A program made the position numbers and the translations under genes. Under the pieces are notes generated by a model, which was given only the letters and a program-made list of their open reading frames with translations, ran no database searches and was not told the origin of the DNA. 64,000 nucleotides of DNA, taken from assembly GCA_965198115.1 (NCBI GenBank), contig OZ240241.1, positions 4,256,001 to 4,320,000 on the forward strand, written 5' to 3'. The stretch's first letter is position 1. Every line of letters starts with the position of its first letter. The stretch comes from Candidatus Latescibacterota bacterium (lineage in GTDB: Bacteria > Latescibacterota > UBA2968). Shown piece by piece: positions 21,798 to 34,089 of the stretch.

Positions 21798-24700
21798 CTA
21801 CTTGAGCAGCATCATCTTTCGAACCGTGGTGAACGCGGACGTTTGAGTACCCACAGCCTGCATTCGTACGAAATACAGACCGCTGGCCACCTGTCGACCG
21901 TATTCGTCTCGACCGTCCCACGCCACACGGTGGCAACCGGCGGTGAGCCGATCGTCGACAAGATGGGAGACCTGCTGGCCCAGCACGTTGTAAATCGTCA
22001 GGCGAACATCGGCAGCCTCGGGCAACGCGAACGGAATCACCGTTTCCGGGTTGAACGGGTTCGGGTAATTCTGCGTCAGTGCGAACGCATCGGGCATCGC
22101 CTGAAGCTCCGCCGCGGAGTCACCCAGGCGACGGATGTTGCCGGCTGGATCAGACACGAACGCTTCTGCAATTTCGACCACACCCGTCACCGTCGGGTCG
22201 AGCACGTTGAACTGAAGCTCCACAATCGAACGATCCCCGACGATCCCCTCGGTCAGGACATCGGCCAGGGTGATCTTGCCCGACTGGCGAGCCTCGAGCG
22301 CTGGCCGCCCGTCTTCCGCGAACAAGGAAGTGCCGGCAGACAGCACATCGGAGAGTTCAAACGCCACGGCGTCGTATTTCAGCGTCAGTCCATAGCCCTG
22401 AACGACCTCGGCATCGGAGAGATCGACTGAGACCGTGATCATCTCGCCGTTGCGGGCGCTTTGAGCCACCAGACTGATCCCAGTCTCGGCATTCAAATGA
22501 GGCCCGAGACCCAGAGGTTTGGTCAACGCCCGTTTAGCCGGCCCACCAAACGCCCCGGCAAAGGTGATGAAGTCGGGGAACCCAATGTTGCCATCCCCGT
22601 CGAGGTCGAACTTCGAATCGAAGTTCGCTGCCCCTACAGAGGCCCCGAAGGCCTGAGCGAACTGGATGAAATCGCCGAACCCGACGATTCCGTCCCCGTC
22701 GAAGTCGGGTGTGGGTTCACCGCTGGCATCGCCACCGATCTGAATCGTGGCGCCACCGGCTCCGATCGTCAGACGCGTCTGATCGGCAGCCGAGGTGGCG
22801 AACTGACCACTGCTGAGCGTGATACGTGTCGGCAGCGTCGCACCATCCTTCACGGTGAATGTGACCGTGCCGATGCTTCCTGAGTCCGCGGTCGTCTTCG
22901 TTGTCCCCAGGAAGGCCACACTCCCGCGGAAGAGACCGTCCCCCTCCGTCGGAATCGGCAACGCACCCGAGAAGAGTCCGGACAGCGTGAAGGTGCCGAA
23001 CTCAAGGTTAGCCGACTCGAAAAGCAAAGTGAATTGATAGCCTGCCAACCCCGTGGCGCCTTCGGTGGCCACCAGATCAACCGTCACCGTGCCGTCATCC
23101 GGCACGTCCTCGAGGATGCGTTCCTCCCGATCCCCGTCGGCCGAATCGAGATCGAGCGCCATCGGACCGATCGTGCCTTCCCCGATGGCTGCCGCAGCCC
23201 TACCCACGACCGTTGCGGTCACCTCACGGGCACCCGATACATGCGGTAACAACCACGTCACCTTCAGCCTGAATCGTGAGGGAGGCGGTCGCCATACCAG
23301 ATGCACTCGGAACCGTTGCGCTCGATCCGCCGTCGACCTGTGCGTCCCCTGAAGTGACCGAGAACGTAATGTCCAACCCGTCGTCGGTCAGTGCGAGACC
23401 GTCCAGGTCGAACAACGCCGCCGTCAATGTCGCCGACTCACTCCCGTCCGAGGCGAGCGAATCAGAGCTCGACGTCAGCGTAATCTGACGCTCGAGACCT
23501 TCGACATTCACCGTTCCACGCGTGAACGTCTCGAGTTCCTCAACACCACCTTCACCGTTCGAGAACTGAACCTTGGTTACGGTCACATCGGTCATGCCGC
23601 TGAACCGGTCGTTCACGAGGAAAGACAGGACGGCCAGCAACCCATCACCCTGCCCCAACTGGCTGTCGGAAGCGCCCAGGAGCACTGTGGAGAAGCTGAT
23701 GGCGTCTCCCTGGGGGATCGAGAGGCTGACGGCGACACCCCCGCTCTGCTTCAGAATGTTGGTCTCGAGCGTGCCGTCCTCTGCGATTCCGTCGAGCGTC
23801 ACGGCTGTCGAGTCGTAGTCCACCTGGATCTCGTAGCCCAGCAGATCCACGACGCCCTTGGCGTAAACCGCGATTTCGAACGACTCACCCGGCGGGACCG
23901 TGGTTTCCGTCACGCCACCGTCGCCTGCCGCCGTATCGAAATCGACCGAGACAGCGTCATCCGCCACCAGGTCGACTTCCGTTGTCACGAGCGGAAGCGG
24001 CACGGTAAAGTCCTCCACGACCGTAGCCCCACCCGCTTCGACGGCGATTGGGTCCGGAGCTCCGTCACCGTTTGGATCGTAGGCGCCGGAGGTCGGTCCT
24101 GCCGATGTCTCGACCTGGGCGAACAAACCGTATGTACCTTCGCTCAGACCTTCAACTTGGTAACCGCCCTGCTCGTCGACAACGCTCCCGCCTGCGATCT
24201 CACCTTCTTCGTTGACCGCGATGACCTCGCCGAACAGAATCTCGACCGGATCTGCTTGTTTCGAAGCCGCTTCTACGAGCAACAGACTGCCCTCGATGCT
24301 ACCAAAAGACTCGAGCTGACCGCCCGTCGCAAACGTGAGTGTCAACGACTCGGGCAGGGGCTGTCCATTCTTTCCGTGCGCACCACGGAGCGTGAATGTG
24401 TAGGACGTGTTCGGCGCCAGCTCGACAGGAATCACGGCGGTCGTTCCATCGTCATCGAGGAAAACGTCGAGTGGACGTCCCTCGCCGGGAACCAGGAACG
24501 CCTCGACGTTGACGAAACGTCCTGCCTGACGGACCGGTGCGGAGAACGTAATGCGTATCTCGCCGCTCTCGGGCACGTCGACCGCGCCGTTTTCGGGTTC
24601 GGTGCTTACCACGCGGAATGCAGATCCTATCGCCCGGATCGTGAAGTCAGCCTTCGCGAAAAGACCGAGTGACGGCACTTCGATTTCGACCTCGTGAAGA

Positions 24701-27700
24701 CCCGGACCCAGGTTGCGGGCGACCGCGCCGGATCGGACAACCACCGGAGGCAGGAAATCGAGGAACACGACGATCTCGGTGTCGAGTACGTTCCCATCGA
24801 TATCGACCACGTTGAGAACCGCATCATTCTCATCGCCTTCACCGTCAAAATCTCCGGTGTCAACTTCAACGAAGACTTCCGCCAGATCTCTGAACGTCTC
24901 CGCGTAGAAGACGAGCGGCGCATCACCGATGATTTCGCCTTCCATGAAGATGTTTTGACCCGGAAGGGAAGCGAGACTCACCGGGTTCTCATTCTCGTCG
25001 ATGACCTCGATTCCGTCGCCCAGCGTGAACGGCGGAAGTGCCGTGAACACCAGGAGGAACCCGTCGTCCGTTTCCTCGATTTGAACCTGGAAGCGATCGA
25101 AGATCTCTTCCTCGGGATGAAGGGGACGCGGAAACGCCGGATTCAGCAACGTCAGCCTGACGACACCGGGCCTGAACGGGTTGAATTCGACGACGATCTG
25201 CGCTTCCTCGCTGGATTCCAGAAGATCCCTGAACTGTTCAGGGGGAATGCCCCGGCCACCAAAGTCGCCGAAGAATGTACGGTCCGTGATCGGCTCGGGC
25301 AGACGTGCCGCGAGTACAATCGTCCGCTAGCCTCATCCACGCTCTCCACGAGGCCATCGATCTCAAAAGGTTCGCCGCCGATGATCGACACGAACTCGGC
25401 CACGCGCTCACCCTCGGGTGCGCCCGGGAAGACCGTTTCCGTTCCCTCCACGGCCACCAGAACACCGTGTCTCAACTCGTGGAGACCCGCTGGGGACTCA
25501 TCGGGGAAAGTGATCACTGTGTTGCGCGTGATCCTGGCTGGTGCAGGTGGACTCGGTGAAATGACATTTTCGAAGTCACGCAACTGACCGAACAGGTCAT
25601 CAACCCGAATGAGAAGATCCTCATCGAGTTGAATCGGGTCCACGCCGAGTGGTAGCACCTCGATGCCCACGGCCAGCTGCCGGTTAGGATCGGGAATGTC
25701 TTCGGTGAAGATCCGAAGGAAACGTGGCTCGAACTGGAACGTCTGCTCCGAGAGAAGCGCATCACGCAGTTCTCTCAACGACCCCACGACGTTGCCGTCG
25801 GGCAGCATGATCTCCGTACCTGGCGGCACGAACAGCTCGATCGACGGTTGGAAGAACAGGAAGCCACCGAACTGATCGAAGAACTCCACGCGCGCTGCGA
25901 TCTCGAACGTGCGCTGACGTGCACCACCGTTCAGAATTAGAACGAAGCTCGCTGTGATCCTGCCCGAATCGTTCTCCTCTCCGAACACGGCGACCTGAAC
26001 GCCGAGGCCGATGTCAGCGAATTCTCGTAATTCGTCCAGAGGCACGCCTGGAATCGGGCTGGGCGGCGGGAAGAACGGATCGGGGAACTGCTTGGCCCTC
26101 GTCACCTTGGCAGCCGGTTTGGTTGCCTTGCTGTTCGTGAGCGGCTGGGCACGCTTGAACGCGGACCCTCTGGCCCCCCGAAGAAGGGATCGAAGAAATC
26201 GTCCTGGAAAGGATTGAAAAAGACGACACCGACGACCGTATCATCTGTGATCGCAACTTCGACCGGTACTTCGTCGTCACCTTCCACAAAGATCAATCGA
26301 TTATCGGCATCGACATCGACCACGGCGCCGATGATTTGGGGCTCTTCCTGTTCCGGGCCGCGGAAAATCATGACACGATCGGCATCAATGCTGCCATCGT
26401 CGCGGAACAGGCCGAAGATGTCGACGTCATCTCCTTCGACCAGGTCGTCGAACGTACCCTGCACGATCTCCGGCTCCTGGAAAATTGGAACAAGGCCGAA
26501 CAGAATCTCGAAATCGAAGAAGTCGACGATCCCGTCGCCGTTGGCATCGTGCGCTTCGGGGCTGTTGAACCAAGCGTCGAAGTCGGCATCATCGAAGATC
26601 CCGTCTCCATTGAAATCACCCGGTTCACCGAACTGCGCCCGCTTGGCTGCGACCTTTCGGCGCGCCTCCTTCAGGGCGTCTCGCTGGAAAAATGGTTCTT
26701 GGAAAATCTGGATCTCGAAGACCGTCGCGTCAGAGACGTGAACTGTCGTCCGGAATCCGAAGTCGTCGATGACGAAGGAGCCGACCGCACGATCGATCTC
26801 AATCACCCGACCGAAAGCAACCGGGAAACCACCAAACCCACCGCCACCTGCGTCGAAATCGCGCAGGATCTTCACACCGGTGGCAAAGATCGTACCGTCA
26901 CTCTCCACCTCGCCGAACACTTCGACGAAATCTCCTTCGATCAGGTCCTCGTAGACGGCGAATCCTTCGAACGGGTCACCACCACCGGCGAATGGATCGC
27001 CGAATGGGTCGCCACCGAAGAACGGGTCATCGAACTGGCCCTGCTGGGTCTGCCCGAACGTACCGAATCCATCTTCGGGCGGAGGTGGACCCCCGACGCG
27101 AATGAAGAATTCAGTCTCATCCGTGACCTGGACGGTGTGAACCACGCCCGTCTCATCCTGGACATCGAACGTCCCGGCATCTCGATCGATCGTGACAACC
27201 TCGCCTTCTACGGCAAGTTCGCCGAGATCTCCTGGACCACCGGGTCCTGGCTGGAGGATGCGGTCCAACCCATCGAACGTGATGAACCCGTCTGGACCGA
27301 CCTGGTTCCGGAAGAGTTGCTTCAGATCTTCTGGGAGCTGGAACAGGAGAAGTTCGTCAAGCGGTACTCCGAACCCGCCGGAGTCATCGATGGCTCTCCG
27401 GATGGACTCGATGATCTCGAACACGATTCCCTCGAATTCGGGCGGAATCCCCGGCGGGAATCCATCGGGCGGAGGGCCACCGCCGAGGGCGATGCGAACC
27501 TCGTCCAGATTAATCTCACCGTCATCACCGGCGATGTCCTCGAGAATGCCTCGAAGATCGTCCGTCAGGAAGCCGAACCACGAAATCGCCGGCGTCGGCG
27601 GCGGAGCACCCGGCTCCAGCAGCGTCGCCTCGATGTCGAACAGTACGTCGATCAACTTCTGCGGGAGATCGCCGAAGGGTGGCGGTGGAGAGCCACCGCC

Positions 27701-29995
27701 GAGGGCGATGCGAACCTCGTCCAGATTAATCTCACCGTCATCACCGGCGATGTCCTCGAGGATGCCTCGAAGATCGTCCGTCAGGAAGCCGAACCACGAA
27801 ATCGCCGGCGTCGGCGGCGGAGCACCCGGCTCCAGCAGCGTCGCCTCGATGTCGAACAGTACGTCGATCAACTCCTGCGGGAGATCGCCGAAGGGTGGCG
27901 GTGGAGGGCCACCGCCGAGGGCGATGCGAACCTCGTCCAGATTGATCTCACCGTCGTCACCCGCGATGTCCTCGAGGATGCCCCGAAGATCGTCAGTCAA
28001 GAAACCGAACCAAGCAATTGCAGGCGTCGTCGGTCCCGCCCCCGACTCCAACAGTGTCGCTTCGATATCGAACAGCACGTCCAGCAACTCTTGCGGTAGA
28101 TCGCCGAAGGGGGGCGGTGGGGACCCACCACCGAGGGCGATGCGGACCTCTTCCAAGTCGATCTCACCGTCATCACCGGCGATGTCCTCGAGAATGCCTC
28201 GAAGATCGTCAGTCAGGAAACCGAACCAAGCGCTCGCGGGCGACGTTGGCGGCGCACCGTCCTCCAGCAGCGTCGCCTCGATGTCGAACAAAACGTCCAG
28301 CAGTTCCTGAGGAAGGTCGCCAAAGGGAGGCGGAGGCTGGCCGCCGAAGAGGGCGGCACGGACTTCGTCCAGGTTGATCTCACCGTCATCGCCAGCGATG
28401 TCCTCGAGCAGAGCGCGAAGATCGTCGGTCAGAAAGCCGAACCACGAAACAGCCGGCGTCGTCGGTGGTGCGCCAGGTTCCTCCAGGGTCGCGAGAATGT
28501 CGTGCAACACACTGACCAGTTCATCCGGGAAATCACCCGGAGGCGGCGGACCGAAGTCGAAGATGCCGTCGAGAGCCCGGAAGACATCGTCGAGTACAAA
28601 CTGCCCGTTTGAGCCGCCGAGCAGTTCCAGAAGCTCGATGTCCCGATCATCGCTCAGACGTGAACGGAATTCCTCGATCGAAAGCAGGAATCCGGGAGGC
28701 TCACCTTCGAGCCGAACTCTCATTTCCTCAAGAAGGTCTCTTAAAACCTGGCTGAGAATGACCGGCTCGTCCGGTCCTCCGAATCCGGGTTCCAGCTGCT
28801 CAAAGAACTCGATGATGTCCGCGCTCAGGCCACCACCTTCGTGCTCGACCACAAACACGTTGACCGGCGTGTCGAGCTGAACGTCACCGAAGGAAGCCGG
28901 TTCGAACGCCGGTGGTGGGATCGGCTCGGTGGGATCGACAGGCGGTGGCTCCGTTCCAGGAAGAATGCGCCGATACTCGGTCTCTGGAACGGTGCCGATT
29001 AGTTGGACGGTCCCATCTTCCTGAGTAACCTCGAACTCGCCCGTCGCGGGATCGACAAACGTGATGACACCAAACACCCAGAACCCTTGTCCATCGGGGC
29101 CAGGCGGGGGCTGGCTGAAGAAGATGTCGAAGTCATCCCTATCGATATCCCCGTCGCCATCGAGGTCCGACGCTTCAGGTTCGGCCACCCAGAAAGCGAC
29201 ATCGGCATCATCCAGGATGCCGTTGCCATCAAAATCGCCGAAGATGAACTCGGGAGGTTGTCCCCCTGGAATGAATCCAGGCGGCGGATTGGCCGGATCG
29301 AACTGGGTATTGAAGACAGGGACCCCGTAGAATAGATCGAAGTCTTCGACGCCTACCTCCCCATTGCCATCGAGGTCACCGGCTTCCGGAAGTCCCGCCC
29401 AGGCAAAGAAGTCCGAGAAGTCCACCAGTCCATTGAAGTCGAAATCGGGGCCAATTCCTGACGGAGGAGGCTGGTTGGGATCCGTTGGGTCGCTAGGGGG
29501 CGGCTGGTTGGGGTCGGTGCCGAAGAAGGAGTCCCCGAAGAAGAGATCGAAATCGAGTGTATCGATCACGCCGTCACCGTTCAGATCCCCAGCCTCAGGC
29601 AGTGACGCCCAGAGGATGAAATCCCCGAAATCGACGGCTCCAGTCCCATCGTAGTCAGGCCCTGGAAGCGGAGGTGGCTGATTCGGATCGGTCGGATCAC
29701 CCGGAGGGGGCGGCGGAGGCTGGTTCGGATCGACCGTCGTGCCAAAAACGGGTCCGCCGAAGAAGAGGTCGAAGTCCTCGACGCCTACCTGCCCGTTACC
29801 GTCCAGGTCACCCGCCTCAGGCAGCGACGCCCAAATTAGGAAGTCGCCAAACCCCACCACGCCGTCCCCATCATAATCGGGCCCTGCAGGTGGCGGATCC
29901 TGAGCAAGAGCAGGTGAGAGCGAGATCAAGGTTACGCCCACCACGGCTGTCAGCGCGACTGCGGCGCCCCGGTAATTTTGAAACCACCGCAACAT
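21798..29995 (-). CDS. Giant (~2700 aa) secreted acidic protein: EF-hand/dockerin-like pairs, DUF5666-like OB domains, 72-aa repeats, Ig-like and cohesin-like domains, FlgD/T9SS-A-like C-terminus; frameshifts near 26165, 25322, 23243
   Basis: Signal peptide MLRWF...SPALA|Q with RBS GGAGG. Four same-strand ORFs join by single indels. C-terminus QNYPNPFNPET...WDGRDEYGRQVASGLYF...KMMLLK. Confidence 0.82.
27470..28550 (-). repeat. Five tandem 216-bp (72-aa) coding repeats
   Basis: GAGGGCG anchor at 27485, 27701, 27917, 28133, 28349; unit PPPPFGDLPQELLDVLFDIEATLLE...WFGFLTDDLRGILEDIAGDDGEINLDEVRIALGGG. Confidence 0.95.
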
Positions 29996-30048
29996 AGCTA
30001 CCCTCCGATGAGAAATGACGATGCGACTTCGTAACAGATAGACCCTTA

Positions 30049-31310
30049 GTACTCCTGTTCGCAAATACGGTGACGTATTCTAAGCAGACTTTGCCAAGGG
30101 CGTATCGTAGAACCTGAGTTTGTCGATCATCTCCGCGAGATCTGTTCGTGTGAACTTCCATTTGAAGGGTGTGGCGATACGTCCGTAGCGTTCCTGAAAA
30201 CCGAGGATTCTTGCCTCAAGCTCTTCGAGCGATGCAAATTCGATAGGTGTCAGAGCCTTGCGTTTGAGGATCGAGAAGTAGATCTCGATCTGATTGAGCC
30301 AGCTTGCGTGGATCGGAAGGTGAACGGGGTGGATGTTTGGCCACTTCCCCTGGATACGGTCGATGCATGTTTGCCCTCGGTGCGAGGAGCCATTATCCAC
30401 GATGAGGTAGACTTTCTTTGCCGAGCAATAGGGTTTCCGGCTCATGATCAGGCTCAGGAGCCGGTTGAAGGGCTCGATACCCGAAGAAGACTCACAGAGA
30501 CCGAAGATTCGACCATTGTGCACGTCGAGAGCAGCCAGATAGGCCAGGGCTCCTTTCCGCTCGTATTCGTGTTTCAACGCGTGCCGCTCTGTTCGAGGCT
30601 GGCGGTAGGGTAACGTGCTTGCGAGCTCGTGCTTGAATACTGGTCTTTTCGTCGGCAGAAAGTACATATTCCCTCGGCCCTAAAGGCTTTCCTTGCCATT
30701 GGCGGTGATACAGATCAAGGACTCTACCTGCTTTGGTTTGGAAGTCCGGGTCCCGTGGGAAAATCCAGGAGCGATGATACCAAGGACGAATCGCGTCCTC
30801 GTTCAACCAGCGCCAGACAGTGGCGCCGCTGATCTTGGCAACGAAGCCCCTTTGCACTGCCTCGGCGGCAATCTCGGAACAGCTGAACCGCGAGAGCGGT
30901 ATCCCGCTCTCGCTCGGTAGTTCACACGCCAGCGCCTTGATCTGAACGACCACCTGAGGGGGGAAAACCGGGCGGGCGCCCGGGACGAGATCTATCTTCG
31001 AGTCCCGAAAGACGCTCTTCGAAAAAGCGCTTACGCCATTTGCTTACGATCGGACGCGGGACATCCAACCGTTGGGCGATAATCTTGTTGGATAATCCCT
31101 CGGCGGCGAGAAGCACGATTTTCGATCGGATCACTTGATAATACGGTAACGTATATTGTCCAGCCATTCGCTCGAGGTCGACCCGTTCCTTCTCAGACAG
31201 TAGCACCACATAAGGCGAACGTCTTGGCATTGTTCTCCTCCTTTTGAAGGAGAACATAAGCTACAAATAATGTTCAGAACATACGTAATAATGTTTATGA
31301 AACCATGCAC
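30049..31310 (-). mobile_element. IS630 family insertion sequence
   Basis: TA flanks at 30047-30048 and 31311-31312; imperfect IRs TAGTAC...ACGTAT / TAGTGC...ACGTAT; encloses the transposase. Confidence 0.85.
30080..31230 (-). CDS. IS630 transposase in three frames (HTH ORF plus DDE ORF, with a second frameshift near 30590)
   Basis: KWRKRF...RPGRP HTH; SADEKT, IVDNGSSH, ASWLNQIEIYF catalytic motifs; TTTTCCCCCC run at the first junction. Confidence 0.88.
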
Positions 31311-31314
31311 TAAG

Positions 31315-31344
31315 AAGCCCCCATCAAAATTAGATGGGGGCTTT
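31315..31344 (-). terminator. Intrinsic terminator after the SCO gene
   Basis: AAGCCCCCATC-AAAATTA-GATGGGGGCTT. Confidence 0.75.
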
Positions 31345-31422
31345 CGACTTTCAGATAAAGTATCCCGAATTTTCCTTCGTGCCTTGGTGCCGGAGCCAGC
31401 CCCGAGTATAGTCGAGGGTGGT

Positions 31423-32037
31423 TTATGCTCCTTCTGCAAGCACCTTCTGAATCAGTCCTGCAATGATGGTCGCGCTGTCACCCGGCTGCGAGAGATAGCG
31501 TAGATCCCCATCCGGATCGATCAGATAGACGAGCGTCGTATGGTCGACCAGATAGCCGGCCTCGGTTTCTTCTTCCGAACGTTTGTAATAGACGCCGTAA
31601 CCTCCTGCGGCGACCCGGTTCACTTCCTCCGGCGTACCCGTCAAGCCGATGACCGGCATCTGCCAGTATTCCAGGTAAGCCTTGATCCGATCGGGCGTAT
31701 CGCGCTCCGGATCCACGCTTACCCACACGACCTGCAGCTGCTCCCTAGCTTCCCCCAGCAGGTCATACACTTGGGAGAGCTTTGAAAGCGTCGTCGGACA
31801 CGCATCCGGGCAGGTCGTGAACCCAAAGAACAGAAGGACCACGCGGCCTCGCAGCGCCCGAGAATCGAACGACGCGCCGTGCTGGTCCGTGAGGAAGAAA
31901 TCATCGCCGAAATCCAGCTTCTTCAGTTCAGGAAGCTCGACCTCCTCTGCCACATCCTGTGACGGCACTCTCTCTTGAGTCTGCTTGCAAGCAACTGTGC
32001 CCGCAACCAAAAGGAAAAAATAGACGAGCGCCCTCAA
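31423..32037 (-). CDS. SCO1/SenC family copper chaperone, lipoprotein
   Basis: FGFTTCPDACP (CxxxC), SVDPERD, VDHT; lipobox VAC. Confidence 0.93.
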   Translation of the reverse strand: MRALVYFFLLVAGTVACKQTQERVPSQDVAEEVELPELKKLDFGDDFFLTDQHGASFDSRALRGRVVLLFFGFTTCPDACPTTLSKLSQVYDLLGEAREQLQVVWVSVDPERDTPDRIKAYLEYWQMPVIGLTGTPEEVNRVAAGGYGVYYKRSEEETEAGYLVDHTTLVYLIDPDGDLRYLSQPGDSATIIAGLIQKVLAEGA

Positions 32038-32438
32038 CGCTTCTCCACCCTTGCCGCAAACGTCACCGATGATCCCTCCGATGTTCGAAGTGTGAGAGGC
32101 ACGTCGTTTCCTTCGCTAATAGTATAGGTCGGATTGATCAGCATCAGATGCTTTCCGCCCGGGCTCAGGCTCGTCGTCTCACCGGGCTCCAGAACTAGCG
32201 TCCTCAGTCGTCGCATTCTCATCACGCCCTGCCCATCCGTCGTCATCTCGTGGATTTCGACAGCCTCGAAAGCCGGCGACGAAGCCCCTGTGACCCGAAC
32301 TGTATCGCCCGTCCGATTCGTCACATCGAAGTAGGCAGCGGTCACGCTTTGCGTCGGCAGGATGGGTCGCACCCATCCACTCCCCACCTCGAGCCCAGCC
32401 GATTCCTCCCCACAAGCCCACACGGAAAGCAAAAGCAA
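32034..32438 (-). CDS. Copper chaperone PCu(A)C
   Basis: EIHEM...MRM...PGGKHLML motif. Confidence 0.9.
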   Translation of the reverse strand: MLLLSVWACGEESAGLEVGSGWVRPILPTQSVTAAYFDVTNRTGDTVRVTGASSPAFEAVEIHEMTTDGQGVMRMRRLRTLVLEPGETTSLSPGGKHLMLINPTYTISEGNDVPLTLRTSEGSSVTFAARVEKR

Positions 32439-32534
32439 AAAAGTCCACCGTGGACGTCTAACGACTGCCGCGTTGTCCGACGCGCGACGATCCTGTGAGT
32501 CAGGAATCTTCTGTGTGCTCTGTGTACTCAGTGG

Positions 32535-32888
32535 CTAATCTTCCCCCTGTAGCGAAACCACGTACGCCGCGATCTTCTCACGATCTGCCGGCGATATGTG
32601 CGGATACCCCGGCATCTTTCCCCCGTCCATTCTCGTGCCCATCTCGATCGTCTTCGCCATGTCGGCAATGTCTCGACCCTGCTTGTATCCACTGAGATCC
32701 CGAAAATCGCGCGGGCGCGGCCGAAAGTTCTCCGCCATAGGCCCGTCCCCGCGGCCATCACGGCCGTGACAGAGTACACACCCATTGGACGCGTAGAGTT
32801 TTCTCCCCTCCACGACCGACGGAGTACTCTCATCGTCCCCGGAACAGGAGATGACCATAGCGAAGACAAACGAAACCAAGCATCTCAC
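32535..32888 (-). CDS. Monoheme c-type cytochrome, lipoprotein
   Basis: CVLCHG, GDGP, axial Met in KMPGY; lipobox ISC. Confidence 0.9.
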   Translation of the reverse strand: MRCLVSFVFAMVISCSGDDESTPSVVEGRKLYASNGCVLCHGRDGRGDGPMAENFRPRPRDFRDLSGYKQGRDIADMAKTIEMGTRMDGGKMPGYPHISPADREKIAAYVVSLQGED

Positions 32889-33238
32889 GCTCCCTGCAAC
32901 ATCCTTCCCAACCTGCGTCCCCCGAGGAGGTGCATATGAACGTGATAGACTTCCTGTCCTCCGTCGTTGCCGCAGTTGACGATAAGACGGTATCCACCTT
33001 CATCGATTCCTTCGTCACGTGCGATCTTTGCTGCCGTAGTGAATAAACGGCCCAACGCCACTTCGTCTTCTGTCTCCACGTCCCTCACCGTCGGAATCAC
33101 CTTGTTCGGAATGATCAGCACGTGCGTCGGCGCCTGGGGATTGATGTCCCTGAACGCCGTCACGAGGTCATCCTGATACACGATGTCCGCCGGTATCTCC
33201 TTGCGGACGATCTTGCTGAAAATCGTCTCTTCGGCCAT
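32885..33238 (-). CDS. hinT: HIT family purine nucleoside phosphoramidase
   Basis: [37 protein letters not shown]. Confidence 0.93.
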   Translation of the reverse strand: MAEETIFSKIVRKEIPADIVYQDDLVTAFRDINPQAPTHVLIIPNKVIPTVRDVETEDEVALGRLFTTAAKIARDEGIDEGGYRLIVNCGNDGGQEVYHVHMHLLGGRRLGRMLQGA

Positions 33239-33338
33239 CTCAATCCCTCATCTCGAGTGCGCGGACTGGTCACGGACCTTTTCCGAATCCAGGGTCACCA
33301 CACGAAGACTTCGTCTTGCGGAAGCTCAACAGATCGAA

Positions 33339-33746
33339 TCATATGCCCGACGGGTCGACTCGACGAATGCCAGTGACCTCATCAAAGTCACGATCGGTGG
33401 TGACGATCGTATCCAGACCGTTGTTCTGCATCGTAGCGATGTGAATGGCATCGCGGGGGGAGAGCGAGGGGCTGTTCTTGTAGAGTGTCGCTGCAACCCT
33501 CAGATCTGGTCTCGTAACCGGGAGCAAGTTGGGGAACAGATCGATCAGATCGTGCGTGACCTCGGAGGCCAACTCTCGAGACCCTCGTCGGGAGAGCGCG
33601 AAAAGGACCTCCTGTATGACTTCCGTGTTCGTTTCTCCCTCGAGCCTTTCCTGCTCCAGCGCTCGCAGAACGGCTTGACACGGAGCCTTGAGTGCGTGTT
33701 CGCGACCGATCGCATACAGGAAGACGTTCGTGTCGATGAAGACCAT
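33339..33746 (-). CDS. vapC: VapC PIN-domain toxin
   Basis: FIDTNVF, QEV, RDAIHIA, TTDRDFD. Confidence 0.92.
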   Translation of the reverse strand: MVFIDTNVFLYAIGREHALKAPCQAVLRALEQERLEGETNTEVIQEVLFALSRRGSRELASEVTHDLIDLFPNLLPVTRPDLRVAATLYKNSPSLSPRDAIHIATMQNNGLDTIVTTDRDFDEVTGIRRVDPSGI

Positions 33747-33982
33747 CAGGAATGCCGATTCTCAATTTCGGTCTTCAGTTCCTCCCAGTCCGGCAAGGGG
33801 ATGGCGTGTTCTGTGAGGCGGTCGACAATTGCCTTTTTGTCGCTCGATCCGGTGCCGTATTTCTCACGGACGGCTTCGCGAACCAATTCCGCGACCGAGC
33901 ACCCTTTGTAGTGGGCGATGCTTTCCAGCCGCTCGTATTCGACCGGCTCCATCAAGATCTGAGCGCGCTTAGACCGTGCCAT
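33746..33982 (-). CDS. VapB-type antitoxin (ribbon-helix-helix/CopG)
   Basis: KRAQILM...SVAELVREAV; stop overlaps the vapC ATG. Confidence 0.82.
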   Translation of the reverse strand: MARSKRAQILMEPVEYERLESIAHYKGCSVAELVREAVREKYGTGSSDKKAIVDRLTEHAIPLPDWEELKTEIENRHS

Positions 33983-33998
33983 TGACAACCTCCTTTGA

Positions 33999-34037
33999 TA
34001 TACTTATCAGTATAAGTATACATATAGCCGACGTCAA
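33999..34037 (-). promoter_or_regulatory. vapBC sigma-70 promoter with palindromic operator
   Basis: Minus strand TTGACG-N17-TATACT; inverted repeat TATACTTAT-CAGT-ATAAGTATA (33999-34020) overlaps the -10 element. Confidence 0.8.
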
Positions 34038-34089
34038 GCCGTAATTGCGGGACTGCCAACGACCGCCTACGCCAAGCGGAGCCAGCTTC

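Noticed and set aside
27470-28550. Tandem repeats as a CRISPR array
   Set aside because: 216-bp in-frame coding units with no unique spacers and no cas genes.
33990-34040. Replication origin at the minus-to-plus gene-strand switch
   Set aside because: The AT-rich palindrome is explained by the vapBC promoter/operator; no DnaA boxes.
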